DNA from: a virus
Reading direction: 5' to 3' (one strand)
Virus record (IMG/VR): IMGVR_UViG_3300030098_004824
Location: 13,557-77,556 of that record
DNA: 64,000 nt
The translations under genes were made by a program, and so were the position numbers. The notes under the pieces are model-generated. The model made no database searches. It saw nothing but the letters and a program-made list of their open reading frames with translations, and was not told the DNA's origin. This document shows positions 20,001 to 29,300 of the stretch, piece after piece. Position 1 is the stretch's first letter. Each line of letters starts with the position of its first letter.

Positions 20001-21801
20001 TTCAATATCAGGGGTTGGAAGTAATGCAACAGTAGATTTAACTGTTGGTGCAGGTTCAAGTGTACTTGACTTCTCTATAGATCTTAAAGGATATGGTTAT
20101 GGTGTTGGTGAAAAATTAACAATTCCTAGAAGTGGATTGACTGGTATACCAACAACTTCTGACTGGGATGGAAATGAATTCTTACTTACAGTTCAAAAAG
20201 TATTTAAAGATGAATTTACTGGATGGACTCTTGGTGAACTTCAATTATTAGATTCTCCACAAGGTAGTTTTGATGGAAATAAGAGATCATTTAATATAAC
20301 TCTTGCAGGTAGTTTGATATCTATTCTTGCTAAGAGAGGATCTAGAATAAATGTTCAAGATGTTCTTTTAGTCTTTGTTAATGATGTACTTCAAGTTCCT
20401 GGTAGAGGATATGAATTCCCTGGTGGTAGTTTAATAACCTTCAGTGAAGCACCTAAAGAAGGTGATACATGTAAAATACTATTCTATAAAGGAACTGGAA
20501 GTACGGATGTTACTTTTGTAGAAGTAATTGAAACTGTTAAACCAGGTGATATGCTTACAATTAGTGCAAATCCAGATAAGGGACATCCTTATTATTGGAA
20601 TGAAAATGGAAGAATGGTTCTTAGAATTGATTCTACTGATAAAGTAACCACACCAATTTATAATGGTCCAGGAAATGTATCTGATGAAACATTATCAAGA
20701 CCAGTTAAATGGTGTAGACAAACTGAAGATAAATTTATTAATGAAAAAATAGAATCTAAAGATAGACAATTATATGAACCAATTATCCATCCATATGCAC
20801 ATATTATTAAATCTGTTGGTATTGGTTCAACAGTAGTATATGTTAATAATGTGAGACCATTCTTCAATCCTTCTAATGAAAATGATCAAACAGTTACATT
20901 CCAAGATAAAGTTACCTTTATAAATCAAGATTCTTTAGTTGGTGCAAGTGCAACTGCAATTGTTTCTGCAGCAGGAACTATTTCTTCTATTGATGTAACT
21001 AGTGGTGGTGTTGGTTATTCAACTGCAACTGTTAGTGTTGCAAGTACTGTTGGTATTGGTACGTCTACTCAATGTTTTGGTAATGTTACTATAAGTGCTG
21101 GTGGGACAGTTTCTGGTATAGCAATCACAAGTCCTGGTGTTGGATATACATCATCAAATCCACCAGTTGTTCTTATTACTCCACCAACTATTGGTGATAA
21201 GGAGGAAAACTCTGTAGTCACTTTTGCTGGTGAGCAAGGTATTATTGTTGGATTTGGATCTACTAATGTTGGTGTTGGAACAACTCAATTATTCTTTGAT
21301 TTACATATTCCACTTAATTCTTATTTGAGAAATGCAAATATTGCTGGTGCTGCTTTAACATTGAGTGTATTGCAACAAAATGATTACTTTATGGTATTTG
21401 ATAGTTGTGCTGGTACAGCATCAACTACTATTAGATCTTTAGATAATCAGACTGGAAATGTTGTTGGTATTGGAAGTTCCTTTATAGATAATGTGTATGT
21501 CGTTAAGACTGCTGAAGATATTGATGGACCAGCTGGTTATGATGGTATTGGTAACACAACTCTTAGAAGAGTATTCTGTGATATCCAAGATGATTTTACA
21601 CATGATTATGCAGGATTAATTACATCAACTTATTGGGGTTCCTTTAGTTGGGGTCGAATTGATGTTAAATCAAGAGCTGGATTAAATTCTTATACCGCAT
21701 ATACTTTGGGTGGTATAGGAACTAATGATGTTACTGGAATTCAAACTTCTATGAAAGTTCAAAGGACAGTTGCATTGAAATATAAAAATTATGATACATA
21801 A
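8050..21801 (+). CDS. gp7: giant baseplate wedge initiator (gp7-like), 4583 aa
   Basis: Lies between gp6 and gp8; KDFYSSRGT N-terminal motif; YHYH-like HSPIMGWAYDGHPIYGPYGY; many beta-rich repeats. Confidence 0.7.
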   Translation: MPVTGIATHRVKFNNVVQNQLPQYVRNEFPLIENFLKQYYISQEFDGAPVDLIQNIDQYVKVDEITNLTDSAVLKGNITEYVTTINVNQYYSEQLDGFPDSYGIIKIDNEIITYTGKTANSFTGCVRGFSGISSHISPDNPEQLVFESTNAATHLDGATIHNLSNLFLKEFLRKTKRQILPLLDERQFSSDLDENVFIKQSKDFYSSRGTDRSFEILFKSLYNKEVDVVKPREFLFTPSNSDYRVTNDLIVEAIEGDPTNLELATLIQQPYAFGSGIEKAYAPITAVEKIVSNEGNNFYQLSIDAGYSRDISVDGATYGKFSVIPRTRNIGQVSAGATFFDVDSTVGFGTTGELSVTYNDASIGIVSYTSKSLTQFYGVTNVTSPILDGTNIGIDTCAYGQSTVDSTERIKVRINSVINRLEYPKDAYYYNAGDTANISALGRKSRNFKTKNWVYNNYALYNVKSVSLVDSSDQTWDITLFVDHDFKINDSITIVGQDGVDRNGQVVDVLSVKSLTIKGQGGLNINETYTINRNISKTSSTTFIDARKYACNVQNVYEDDKEIVVASPSLPSYTINTDDRTVKFSGTYVGTELLITSGSLADHGYYTGDAIQYDTNITTTTSYDGWGNTITKNVSGERLFPTGLYFVKRVSANSIKLAKSRTDLFNGDFVEVESSTTVVDQTIKPYSFKDRTLSSQKLIRKFADPVYDGNANTETNPGYTGMLCNGVEILNYKSNDVVYYGQIDKIDVLDPGLDYDVVNPPSLLIEDSVGTGATGSVSVKGVLTQLRVLDTGFDYLDKPTVTISGGNGTPSEVLVNMKKIDHSTSFFADLDSDQVGLGTTSGTLGEWYETIGFSTFHKFRNNEKVIYDSGNQSGVGGLSTNAVYYVSTMIGLGNTTESFTKIKLYPTLSDSLAGINTVVLTSYGEGRHALRSFEKKSVLAGINVVSGGIYENKQRKVAASGVSTSKDQITIKDHDYKDGEIIKYTAGDSGIGGLTDGSEYYITKIDNDTFKLSTVGVGTTSGVDFYQKTKQYINLTSIGVGTHTFNYPGITVTVSGNVGVASTGLETFQASVQPIIRGTITSATLDDKGSGYGTGEIINYNRKPDVSLISGEQAQITPIVVDGKIVEVVVLNKGKQYSSPPDIRISGDGTGASVTPILSDGLLSSVKVVESGSGYTQQNTSGIVVFTGRGANFDPHIQKWTVNLAQKNRAHIDEDDGIIEDGINRSFGLQYSHVYAPRKYRQSVSSVDQDGNILYGNKDLYKEQGQEQVRDEHSPIMGWAYDGHPIYGPYGYISKEGGLIERMRSGYIEEASKKTNRPSLIEFPAGFFVEDYTYKPLTQDTVLDKNNGRFCVTPEFPNGTYAYFATIDNIISQEAPFSGYFEPVFPYFIGDSFYAKPNEFNLHRTSNQDEFDLNDTEYYRNTKPYNLIEGKINYKYLTIPNNLNQTASIKGVSPGRIEKIGIVTAGSGYRVNDELVFDNTGTKGAGVSARVSKLKGVSVDNISVATSSITGVEIYPFTKNEYILYSDNPHNFNNLDIISITGLSTESSGLEGNYIAGIETGTYVFAGVGTTGGGGLGPATSTGMVSDINVVGNLGFNHIRENDIIGIGTEEVRVLNVLENASALRIERGVNGVTGTSHTAGAVLRIDQRKIKINAGFKTDHNYRINKQIYFNPSETVGLGTTSGVGIGTTIFFTGITSTNLGISSIYIPTQALYIPGHNLKTGDQVTYSPGNGGSGMSVGMGTTTPENAAGITTLTDGQTLYVAKYSNDIIGLATVRVGLGTTGIFVGLVTNYPLGRQTPLYFRTLGVGNSHSIKTNYSPITGEIVRNLVTIDTGISTHGIHVGHDVDVDVNTGTTTSFDFQYDDFYRKLIVNPRSFDGGNITTSTNSITITDHNWQTGQKIIHQSDGPAEGLGTNEIYYVVKVDKDTIKLSDSYYNATQFVPKTIGIGTTGTNGSIKPINPPLEVYRDATVTFTLANGSLGYEVQGTSYPAFQLNFYKDSNFKYQYDTNDLEKKFNVQRVGVTGVDGTAKVTLSVNKNTPDLLYYKLDTVEVSSLPAVKSEINVDGEVRGNNEFASKTSLYNGTFRVSAGAADTSFSYSVTRIPENTSYISTENATILYTTNCTHTVGPIADVEIKDAGKNYYSLPGITTITTGGGKNAVLEPSSTSIGLIKTVNIDKIGFDLSIDKTVRPSVILPNIIKINSFASFESIGISSQGKGYSTAPSLKVFDGKDDTLITDLDLRYDTGDTSVEILKNTYGMNNVPPKIIPTGNTNGVGISTVGFNTITKYATITLDVGFSTANTFPFVVGDRVLIEGISVGVGSTGKGFNSSAYNYKLFTITSTDPNIGGVGATVSYSLDGDYDDGEIVGLYDGDNSAGRIIAEKTFPVFNAILKFNDFAIGETVESDTTSGSVEAWDRQNGILRVSTSDNFVVNERIKGLASKTEGLASSVTTYNSSFELSPLTKVIKGSETVSGFLNESIQRVQDSLYYQNFSYALRSEVDYDTWDDAISASDHTAGFKKFSDYQLVTPPTEGTDNNMTVGISSNSMEITNELVGFVDLNCVYDFDLVRENVLWQGGGFSSDEIYFNSRILTDYYESAGNRVLLLDDFSGLFNSNPRPTRYSLVDQWPLNTHRSLKYFLFYRDRRFTGEKECMVVDLVHDGSYSYMNQYGGVDTKQALGTFDFQVDGIDGQLLFFPYKYSINDYDIGFIAYSLDDNILGIGTTNIGGIAQLDTTSCSTWAGGNPGFTTTLVSVGHTYRSMKLLVSMSNNNNEHQFNELNIVHDNTDAYAVDYGELDTSQTLTRRESTGFGTYYAYLDSGNMIVKFIPKNNGIGVTINTIQVGLGSDIPNGIGTANMLHADLIAKSTAIESSGSPGFHTVGSYNENFDAGYFFVQVSDSTNNMHSVHEILVVDNDTDDTVGTTYDLEYGVVETNTGLGTFGSRFNGTTRELLFTPKAGLAVTVTSYMNAWTFLDAPSDTLEFNNGMIRTGYGLYEGTENAIKRSFDLTHELNPVFERYWVGNDSNIVSVSADTIKIPNHFWVSGESVKYKHNGGITSAIGIGQSNFAGIGNTTYLPEDLFIIKISEDKVKLASSAENALKRIPIALDITSVGIGTSHRFVSTNQNAKAILSIDNVIQSPVVATAITTVLSDQVWSVDEHISVSGITSFFGSDIIKVGDEIMKIKAVGVGSTNQFKVRRGWMGTQIGYAHTNTLVTKINGNYNIIDNVCTFAEAPFGNVPLSSTTNAPDERDWIGIATGSSFQGRTFMRSGVEDEANETYYRNLIFDDFSNDFNGIDKSFTLKSNGSNVSGFSTENAVMLINDVFQAPGATSNYTLAESSGVTTATFTGFAASIGNDVNTAGIPLGGVLLSVGSTEGLGYQPLVSAGGTVTIVSDQLILGTGLTNPGSISTITIGNTGSGYRARTEYEILTEIASPVGIGSTVIYLKNRNSVFGLIDLLNTGSNIKIGIGTWTSPVDVVSVGGTFVRFHPDHVQGHVIPVDTPVKIEVSNPTVGFANVTAIVSDLQDGGFIGLSTAAYNPMTGIMTVTTLSEHGMSEGDHIKIRDKTLAFSCNAGVGVHTYSGGTVGAAFTDNSNNAYTVTDAAYVGSTGLLTLTIGSHSLTTSNDIWIGANKIVFTCDEDGHATDHPYPRTTDPAYNTGLDIVSKTATTITVNVGIGSTTDAKLYPRESDPISGRWIKTSNVSSKSFEVQVLDNAPSTNRSTHVFQYAHPNAIVVGEKIPEYHVGFATILTGTGHISTNVSITNTEQRFYSKRTISNVGYNSVTGMTTVTTTTPHGLIDDDFVKVSGIAFTCDYKSEVNISGIAYSAASGIMTVTTSAGHGLTTYGTVASTVILTGIGMTCQLDNGSSTHTYPRTNDPTYNGNKVLEVLSSTQFVVNVGISTVPTFYQSGGTAQGAIIAPRPSDPASNGSEVLRVVSPTSFEINSGISTRVHRYARGGTVDKITELEIDSPLSYENLPLYYSSSSISGVGSNATVDLTVGAGSSVLDFSIDLKGYGYGVGEKLTIPRSGLTGIPTTSDWDGNEFLLTVQKVFKDEFTGWTLGELQLLDSPQGSFDGNKRSFNITLAGSLISILAKRGSRINVQDVLLVFVNDVLQVPGRGYEFPGGSLITFSEAPKEGDTCKILFYKGTGSTDVTFVEVIETVKPGDMLTISANPDKGHPYYWNENGRMVLRIDSTDKVTTPIYNGPGNVSDETLSRPVKWCRQTEDKFINEKIESKDRQLYEPIIHPYAHIIKSVGIGSTVVYVNNVRPFFNPSNENDQTVTFQDKVTFINQDSLVGASATAIVSAAGTISSIDVTSGGVGYSTATVSVASTVGIGTSTQCFGNVTISAGGTVSGIAITSPGVGYTSSNPPVVLITPPTIGDKEENSVVTFAGEQGIIVGFGSTNVGVGTTQLFFDLHIPLNSYLRNANIAGAALTLSVLQQNDYFMVFDSCAGTASTTIRSLDNQTGNVVGIGSSFIDNVYVVKTAEDIDGPAGYDGIGNTTLRRVFCDIQDDFTHDYAGLITSTYWGSFSWGRIDVKSRAGLNSYTAYTLGGIGTNDVTGIQTSMKVQRTVALKYKNYDT

Positions 21802-21807
21802 TAAATA
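21801..21807 (+). promoter_or_regulatory. late promoter
   Basis: ATAAATA upstream of gp8. Confidence 0.6.
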
Positions 21808-21826
21808 ATAAAAAAACTCTGTCAAA

Positions 21827-23377
21827 ATGTCTGCTATTATAACTGATCAGATTCGAATATTAAATGCTAAGAATTTTGTTTCTGGCGTAACTTCTACTGC
21901 GAATGCATATTATTCATTTATTGGATTGCCAAATCCAAATGATTATCAATCTGATTGGGATTCTCTACCACCAGCTCCTAAAGATAATTTTTCTGAAGAG
22001 AATGATTATTGGGATACTATGGTTGCATTAAAAAAAATTAATTCGTCGGATGTAAGACAAGTTATTCCAAAAAGAGCATGGTCTTCTGGAACAACATATG
22101 ATATGTATAGACATGATTATAGCAGATCAAAGACAGCATCGGTTTCTGGAGCAACTCAGTTATATTCTTCATTTTATTATGTAATGAATAGTGATTATCA
22201 AGTTTATATTTGTTTGCAAAATGGAAGTAATCCTGATTATCCTGCTGGAAGACCTTCTTTAGATGAACCAACATTTACTGATTTAGAACCAAGAACAGCA
22301 GGATCAAGTAACGATGGATATGTTTGGAAATATTTGTATACAATTACTCCAAGTGATGTTGTAAAATTTGAAACTGTTGATTATATGTCAGTTCCTGCAA
22401 ATTGGGAGTCTGCAACTGCTAATGCTGCTGTTAGAGACAATGCAGTTGATGGATCTATCAAGATAGTTACTGTAACTAATCGTGGTGTTGGTCTTGGTAC
22501 TGCAAATAGGACTTATACAAGAGTTCCTATTAAGGGTGATGGAAGTGATGCTGAATGTACTATTGTTATAAACAATGATTCTAAAGTTGATACTGTAACA
22601 GTTTCAAATCAAGGATCTGGATATACTTATGCTAATGTTGATTTAATAGCTGGTGGAGTTCCAACAGGAACTACAATTCCAACTATGGATGTTATCATAT
22701 CTCCTAAAGGTGGACACGGTAAAGACATTTACAGAGAACTTGGTGCATATAATGTTCTTTTATATTCAAGAATTGAAAATGATAATGAAAATCCAGATTT
22801 TGTAACTGGAAATCAAATTGCTAGAGTGGGAGTTATACAAAATCCAGAAGTTAGTAGTGGAACTTTATTATCAGTTGATAAAGCAAGTGCAGTAAATGCA
22901 GTAAGATTAACTGGTACTGGTTATAGTTCTGCATCATTTACTGCAGATTCTTATGTAACTCAAACAGTTGCAACAGCAACAACTGCGGTTGGAAGAGTTG
23001 TAAGTTACAATCCAACAACTGGAGTATTGAAATATTGGCAGGATAGATCTGTAACTGGGTTTGCTACTGTTGGTACAGCAATAACTGATCCAAAATACGG
23101 ATTTAATTCAAATCAATTTACTGCTACTCCTTCATCAGGTGGAAGCATAACAATTGTTCCTTCAAGTGGATCCAATTTATCAATAGATACATCTTTCACG
23201 GGTATATCTACTGTAATAAATAGTAAAACATATTACCTTGGTCAATCATTTACTGCTGGAATAGCGGGTCCTGAAGTTAAAAAACACGCAGGAAACATAA
23301 TTTATGTCGATAATCGACCAGCAATAACCCGATCAGCTAATCAAAAAGAAGATATTAAAGTTATCTTGCAGTTCTAA
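21827..23377 (+). CDS. gp8: baseplate wedge subunit
   Basis: YDMYRHDY, VYICLQNG, DGYVWKYLYTI and terminal QKEDIKVILQF motifs. Confidence 0.9.
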   Translation: MSAIITDQIRILNAKNFVSGVTSTANAYYSFIGLPNPNDYQSDWDSLPPAPKDNFSEENDYWDTMVALKKINSSDVRQVIPKRAWSSGTTYDMYRHDYSRSKTASVSGATQLYSSFYYVMNSDYQVYICLQNGSNPDYPAGRPSLDEPTFTDLEPRTAGSSNDGYVWKYLYTITPSDVVKFETVDYMSVPANWESATANAAVRDNAVDGSIKIVTVTNRGVGLGTANRTYTRVPIKGDGSDAECTIVINNDSKVDTVTVSNQGSGYTYANVDLIAGGVPTGTTIPTMDVIISPKGGHGKDIYRELGAYNVLLYSRIENDNENPDFVTGNQIARVGVIQNPEVSSGTLLSVDKASAVNAVRLTGTGYSSASFTADSYVTQTVATATTAVGRVVSYNPTTGVLKYWQDRSVTGFATVGTAITDPKYGFNSNQFTATPSSGGSITIVPSSGSNLSIDTSFTGISTVINSKTYYLGQSFTAGIAGPEVKKHAGNIIYVDNRPAITRSANQKEDIKVILQF

Positions 23378-23383
23378 AGAATT

Positions 23384-26300
23384 ATGTCTCAGCAAACAAA
23401 TCTTAACGTCGCACCCTATTTTGATGACTTTGACGCTGCGAAGGATTATCATAGAGTTTTATTTAAACCTGGATACCCAGTACAGGCTAGAGAATTAACT
23501 GGTTTACAATCAGTTCTACAGAACCAGATTGAAAAATTTGGTCAACACTTTTTTAAAGAAGGTGCTAAAGTAATACCAGGAAATACAGGATACACTCAAC
23601 GTTATAAATGTGTTCAGGTAAATAATAATTATCTAGGAGTTCCAGTTGAAGCTTATGCTGATCAATTAGTAGGAACAAAGATAACTGGAGAACGTTCTGG
23701 TGTTACTGCGTTTGTTGATAAAATATTACTTCCAGAAGATTCTGAAAGAGGTAATTTAACACTTTATATAAACTATTTAAATTCAAGTACTACAAATAAT
23801 TCTACTGAAGTATTTTTTGATGGTGAAAATTTAACATCCAATTCAACAATAACATCTGGTCTTCTTGGTAATACAACAATTGCTCCTGGTACACCATTTG
23901 CAACAACATTATCTACTGATGCATCTGCTACTGGATCTGCATTTCAGATTCAAGATGGTGTTTATTTTATTAGGGGTAATTTTGTAAATGTAAATCAAGA
24001 AACTCTTATTCTTGATCAATATGGAATAAAACCAAATTATAGAGTTGGATTGTATGTTGATGAGGAAATAATTAATGCTGATATAGACGAAAATTTAAAT
24101 GATAATTCTCAAGGTTTTAATAATTATTCAGCACCAGGTGCTGATAGGCTTAAAATATCTGTTAGATTATTTAAAAAAGCAACAAATGATTTTGATGATG
24201 ATAGTTTTGTTGAACTTGCTACTATTATTAATGGGCAAATAAAAACTCAGGTTAAAAAGGGTGTTGGTGGTGGAGGAGTAGGAAAAGAAGATATTAATGA
24301 TACACTTGCAAGAAGAACTTATGCAGAATCTGGTGATTATTATGTTAGACCATTTGATCTTACTGTATTAGATTCTTTAAATAATGGTATTGGTAATAGA
24401 GGTATTTTTGAGGAAGGTCAATTTACATATGGTGGAGCAACAGCATCTGATGATTTAGCACTTTATAAGTTTTCTCCAGGTAAAGCATTTGTTCGTGGTT
24501 ATGAACTAGAAGTAGATAATCCAGTATTTTTAGATGTTAAAAAACCAAGAACAACTAAAACTGTTAAAGATCAATCTATAATATACAATACAGGTCCAAC
24601 TTTAAAAGTAAATAGATCTCTTAGAAATCCAGATGTTGGTATCGGTAACACTTATGTTTTAAGTCTTAGAGATCAAAGAGTAGGACTTAGCTCAGATACT
24701 ACGGCTGTTGGTAGTGAAATTGGAGTAGCAAGAGTTTATGATTATAGATTAGAATCTGGTTCTTATAGTTCTAATTCTTCATTAAATGAGTGGAATTTAG
24801 CTTTATATGATGTTCAAACTTATACTTCTATTACAGTAAATCAGGCAGTTACTCTTACAGTACCAACTTTTGTTAAAGGTGCTAATAGTGGTGCCACTGG
24901 GTTTATAAAAACTGCGGTTAGTAGTAGTGCCTCAATAACATTATATGAAACAACTGGAGAGTTTATTAAGAATGAAGCATTGATAATTGATGGTATTCCT
25001 GATGGTAGAATAATTACAGCAATAACAAAATATACATTATCTGATGTTAAGTCTGTTTTTGGATCAAATAATAGACTTACTGGTGGTGATAAATTTAATG
25101 CTGATGTAGTTCAATCAGAAAGTCTTTTTATTGGGGCTGCAAGAATAGGACAACAGAGTAGTAATTCAAGTACAGTAACAAGTGCAAATCCATTATTTCC
25201 TGGAGATATAAAGGTTGGTAACTTAGTTCAATATAGTGATTTAGAAACCAGTAGTGATCCTGTAATGGGGAGAGTAACTGCTGTTACAAGTTCTAATATC
25301 ACTATTGCTGGAGTAACAACTGTTCCTGGAATTGTTAATGGTAAAATGCCAATTGCTAGTGTTGGGCATACTAATGGATATAATGCATCTGATTTTGCCG
25401 TAGTTTCTACTAAGTTAACTGGTTCTTCAGATAATACACTATACACACATTTACCAAATACTTCTATTTCTAATGTTGATTTAACTGATGCTACATTAAC
25501 TATTAGAAAAACTTTTACAGTTGATATAACAAATGGGCAAATTGATGCTTCTACTATTCCAACTGCAGGAACAAATGAAACATTTTTAGCATTTGATGAA
25601 GAAAGATATGCATTAATAAGATCTGATGGAACAACTGAGCCATTAGATGCCTCTTGGTTCTCATTTGGTGGTGGTGGATCTACTTGCCAAATTTATGGAC
25701 TTGGTGGAAATGACACTGATGCAACTCTTATTGCTACTTTAAGAAAAGGTAAGCCTAAAGCAAAAATAAAAATAAAAAATAGAGTAAATTCAATAACAGT
25801 TAATTTATCAAAATATTCTGGATCTGGTATTGGAGCTACTACTTTAAATGATGGATTAACTTATGGAAATTATCCATTTGGAACTAGGGTGCAAGATGAA
25901 ATTATATCTTTGAATGTTCCTGATATAATTGAAATACACGGTGTTTTTGAATCAGAAAATGTAAGTGATCCTACTGCACCAGCAATGAATATTACTTCTA
26001 TAAGTAATTTTACTGGAACAAGTTCTGATCTATTAGTTGGTGAAGTAATAAAGGGTGTTAAAACGGGTGCAATAGCTATTGTTGCCGAAAAATTAACATC
26101 TACAAAGATTACTTTCTTATATAAGAATGATATAAGATTTAAAGAAGGTGAAAGAATTACTTTTGCAGAATCAAATACTACAGCAACTATTTCTACTCTT
26201 GAATCAGATAGTTTTGATATATCTGCAAACTTTACTTATGAGAATGGTCAAGAACCAACTTTTTATGATTATGGTAGAATAAAGAGAAAAGTATCTGCTG

Positions 26301-29300
26301 AAGAACCTTCTAAAAAATTAAAAATATATTTTAAGAGTGCATATTATGATTCTACTGATACTGGAGATGTTACTACAGTAAATTCTTACGAAGATTTTAA
26401 TCCTTCTACTGAAATTCCTGGTATTGGTGGATTCCGTGCAACTGATATAATTGATATTAGACCAAGAACTTCTGCTTATACAGTTGCAGCAGATGCAAGA
26501 TCTCCTCTTGAATTTGATGGAAGAACATTTAATGCAAATGGCAATTCTTCTGCAAATATGTTGGCATCTGATGAATCAATATTTGCTCATTACGCATATT
26601 ATCAAGGTAGGAAGGATAGAGTTTATTTAACAAAAGATGGTAAATTCCAAGTTAAATATGGAGATCCATCTGATAGTCCAAATCTTCCAAATCCAGTTGA
26701 TGATGCTTTAGAAATAGCACAAATTGCATTACCACCATATCTTTATAGTATTGATCAAGCTTCTGTTAAATTCATGGAGCATAAGAGATTTAGAATGGTT
26801 GATATTAAAGGTCTTGAGAATAGAATAAGAAGTCTTGAATATTACACATCTTTATCTTTACTAGAAACAAATACTGCTAATTTATTTGTTTCAGATGCTG
26901 GTGGATTGAATAGATTCAAATCAGGATTTTTTGTTGATAATTTTAGTGGATTTAAACCACAAGATGATAAAATCAAAATTAACAATAGTATTGATAGAAA
27001 GTATAATGAACTTAGACCTAGACATTATACAAATGCAGTTGATTTGGTATTTGGACCAGTTATAAATGTAGATCCAACTGCTGATTTAGCATTTTCTGCC
27101 ATTGAAGGTAATAATATAAGAAAAGCAAGTGATATTATTACATTAGATTATAGTGAGGTGGAATATATTAAACAAAGTTTTGCAACAACATCAGAAAGTG
27201 TAACACCTTTCTTAATTAGTTTTTGGCAAGGAACTCTTGAATTAACACCTGCTACAGATACTTGGATAGACACTGTTAGATTGGATCCAAAAATTATTCA
27301 AACTGAAGGTGATTATGCTGCTACAATGAAAACTTTAGCAGAGACTGAAGGTGTAGATCCACAAACTGGAATGGGTCCAACAATATGGAATCCTTGGGAA
27401 ACTACTTGGACAGGTGTAAGTGAAATTGAAAGTCTTGGTAATATGCAAGAAACCACTAGTGATGGTCCTGAATGGGATGTTGGTGGTTGGCCAAATGGTG
27501 ACCCTTCAACTAACCCTGCTCAAATATTCTTTACAAGAACAACAACGGTAACGCAAGATCTTTATAGAGAAACTGTGAGAGAAGGTGTGGCAAATAGAAG
27601 TGGTACTAGAACTATCGTAACTGAGTCATATGATAAACAAAGTCTTGGTGATAAGATTGTAAGTAGAGATTTAGTTCCTTATATGAGATCAAGGAATGTT
27701 GAATTTGTTAGTGAAAGAGTTAAACCTCTTACAAGATTATATGCTTTCTTTGATGGTGTTAATGTAAGCAAGTATTGTGTTCCAAAATTAATAGAAATTG
27801 AAATGGTTTCTGGTTCATTCCAAGTTGGAGAAACTGTTAAAGGAGTCTCTCTTGCGAGTGGTGTTGGTGATGTACAGATACCTGGAATGTCACCACAAAT
27901 TACATTCAGAGCTGCTCAAGCAAATCATAAAAAAGGTACTTACAATGCCCCATCAAAGACCTTTACTGATAATCCATACAATAATAAACCACTATCTTCA
28001 GCATATTCATCAACTTCAACGATATTAAATGTTGATACCTATTCTTTGGGTGACCAGGCTAGTGGTCAATATTGGGGATGGGTAGAAGAAGGAATGGTTC
28101 TTACTGGACAAACTTCTGGTGCTGAAGCAAAAATTACTAGTGTAAAACTTGTATCCGATTTATCAGCAGTTTGTATTGGTAGTTTCTTTATTCCAAATCC
28201 AAATAATGTAAATCATCCAAGATTTGAAACGGGAAGTAAAGTATTCACTCTTACTGATGAGTCAACAAATGATCCTGATGAAGCATCAACTCTTGCAGAT
28301 GAATCATTTACTGCTGCTGGTACATTAGAGACTGTACAGGAAGAAATTTTATCAATAAGAAATGCAAGAGTTGAACAAAAACAAGAATTCCAAGAAAAAC
28401 ATGTTAATGAATCTCTAGGAACTCAAGTTGTTGGTACTCAAGTTGTTAGTCAATCTGAAGAGGATATTTATGTTGGATGGTATGATCCTCTTGCACAATC
28501 ATTCTTAGTTGAAGAGGGTACTGGAGTATTTGTTACTAAATGTGATGTATTCTTTAAAACAAAAGATGATATGGACATACCTGTGGTATTCCAGATTAGA
28601 ACTATGCAAAATGGATTACCCACACAACATATTTTACCATTCTCAGAAATTGTAGTAGATCCATCTGATGTTAATGTTTCTGGTGATGGATCAGTTGCTA
28701 CAACAATTGAGTTTAAAGCACCGATTTATCTTGAGGGTAAAGGTACTGAATATGCTATTGCTTTGGCATCTAACTCAACAAAATATAGTGTTTTTATATC
28801 AAGAATAGGTGAAACTGATCTTATTCAAGATACGTTTATTTCTAACCAACCATATTTGGGTTCTTTATTCAAGTCCCAAAATGCTTCTACTTGGGAACCA
28901 AGTCAATGGGAAGATCTTAAGTTCACATTGTATAGAGCAGATTTCATAGGATCTGGTAGTGTTGAATTGTACAGTCCTGAATTGAAAGAAGGTAATGGAC
29001 AAATTCCAACATTAATGCCAGATTCCTTAATCTTAAAATCAAGAAAGATTAGAGTTGGTTTAGGAACAACTTTATGGGGTGATCAAGTAGGTAAAGGATA
29101 TGAAAATGGTAATACTTTTACTCAAGATGGTACAAATGCTACAGGTAGTTTAGTTGGAACTGCTGGAACTGCTTCTGCAGAATTGGCAATAGCTAATGCT
29201 GGTATTGGATATACTCCTTTAAGTGGTAGTGCTATTTTCTATGATGTAGATTTAGTAACTCTTAGTGGTCAAGGTAGTGGTGCAAAAGCAAATGTTAAGG

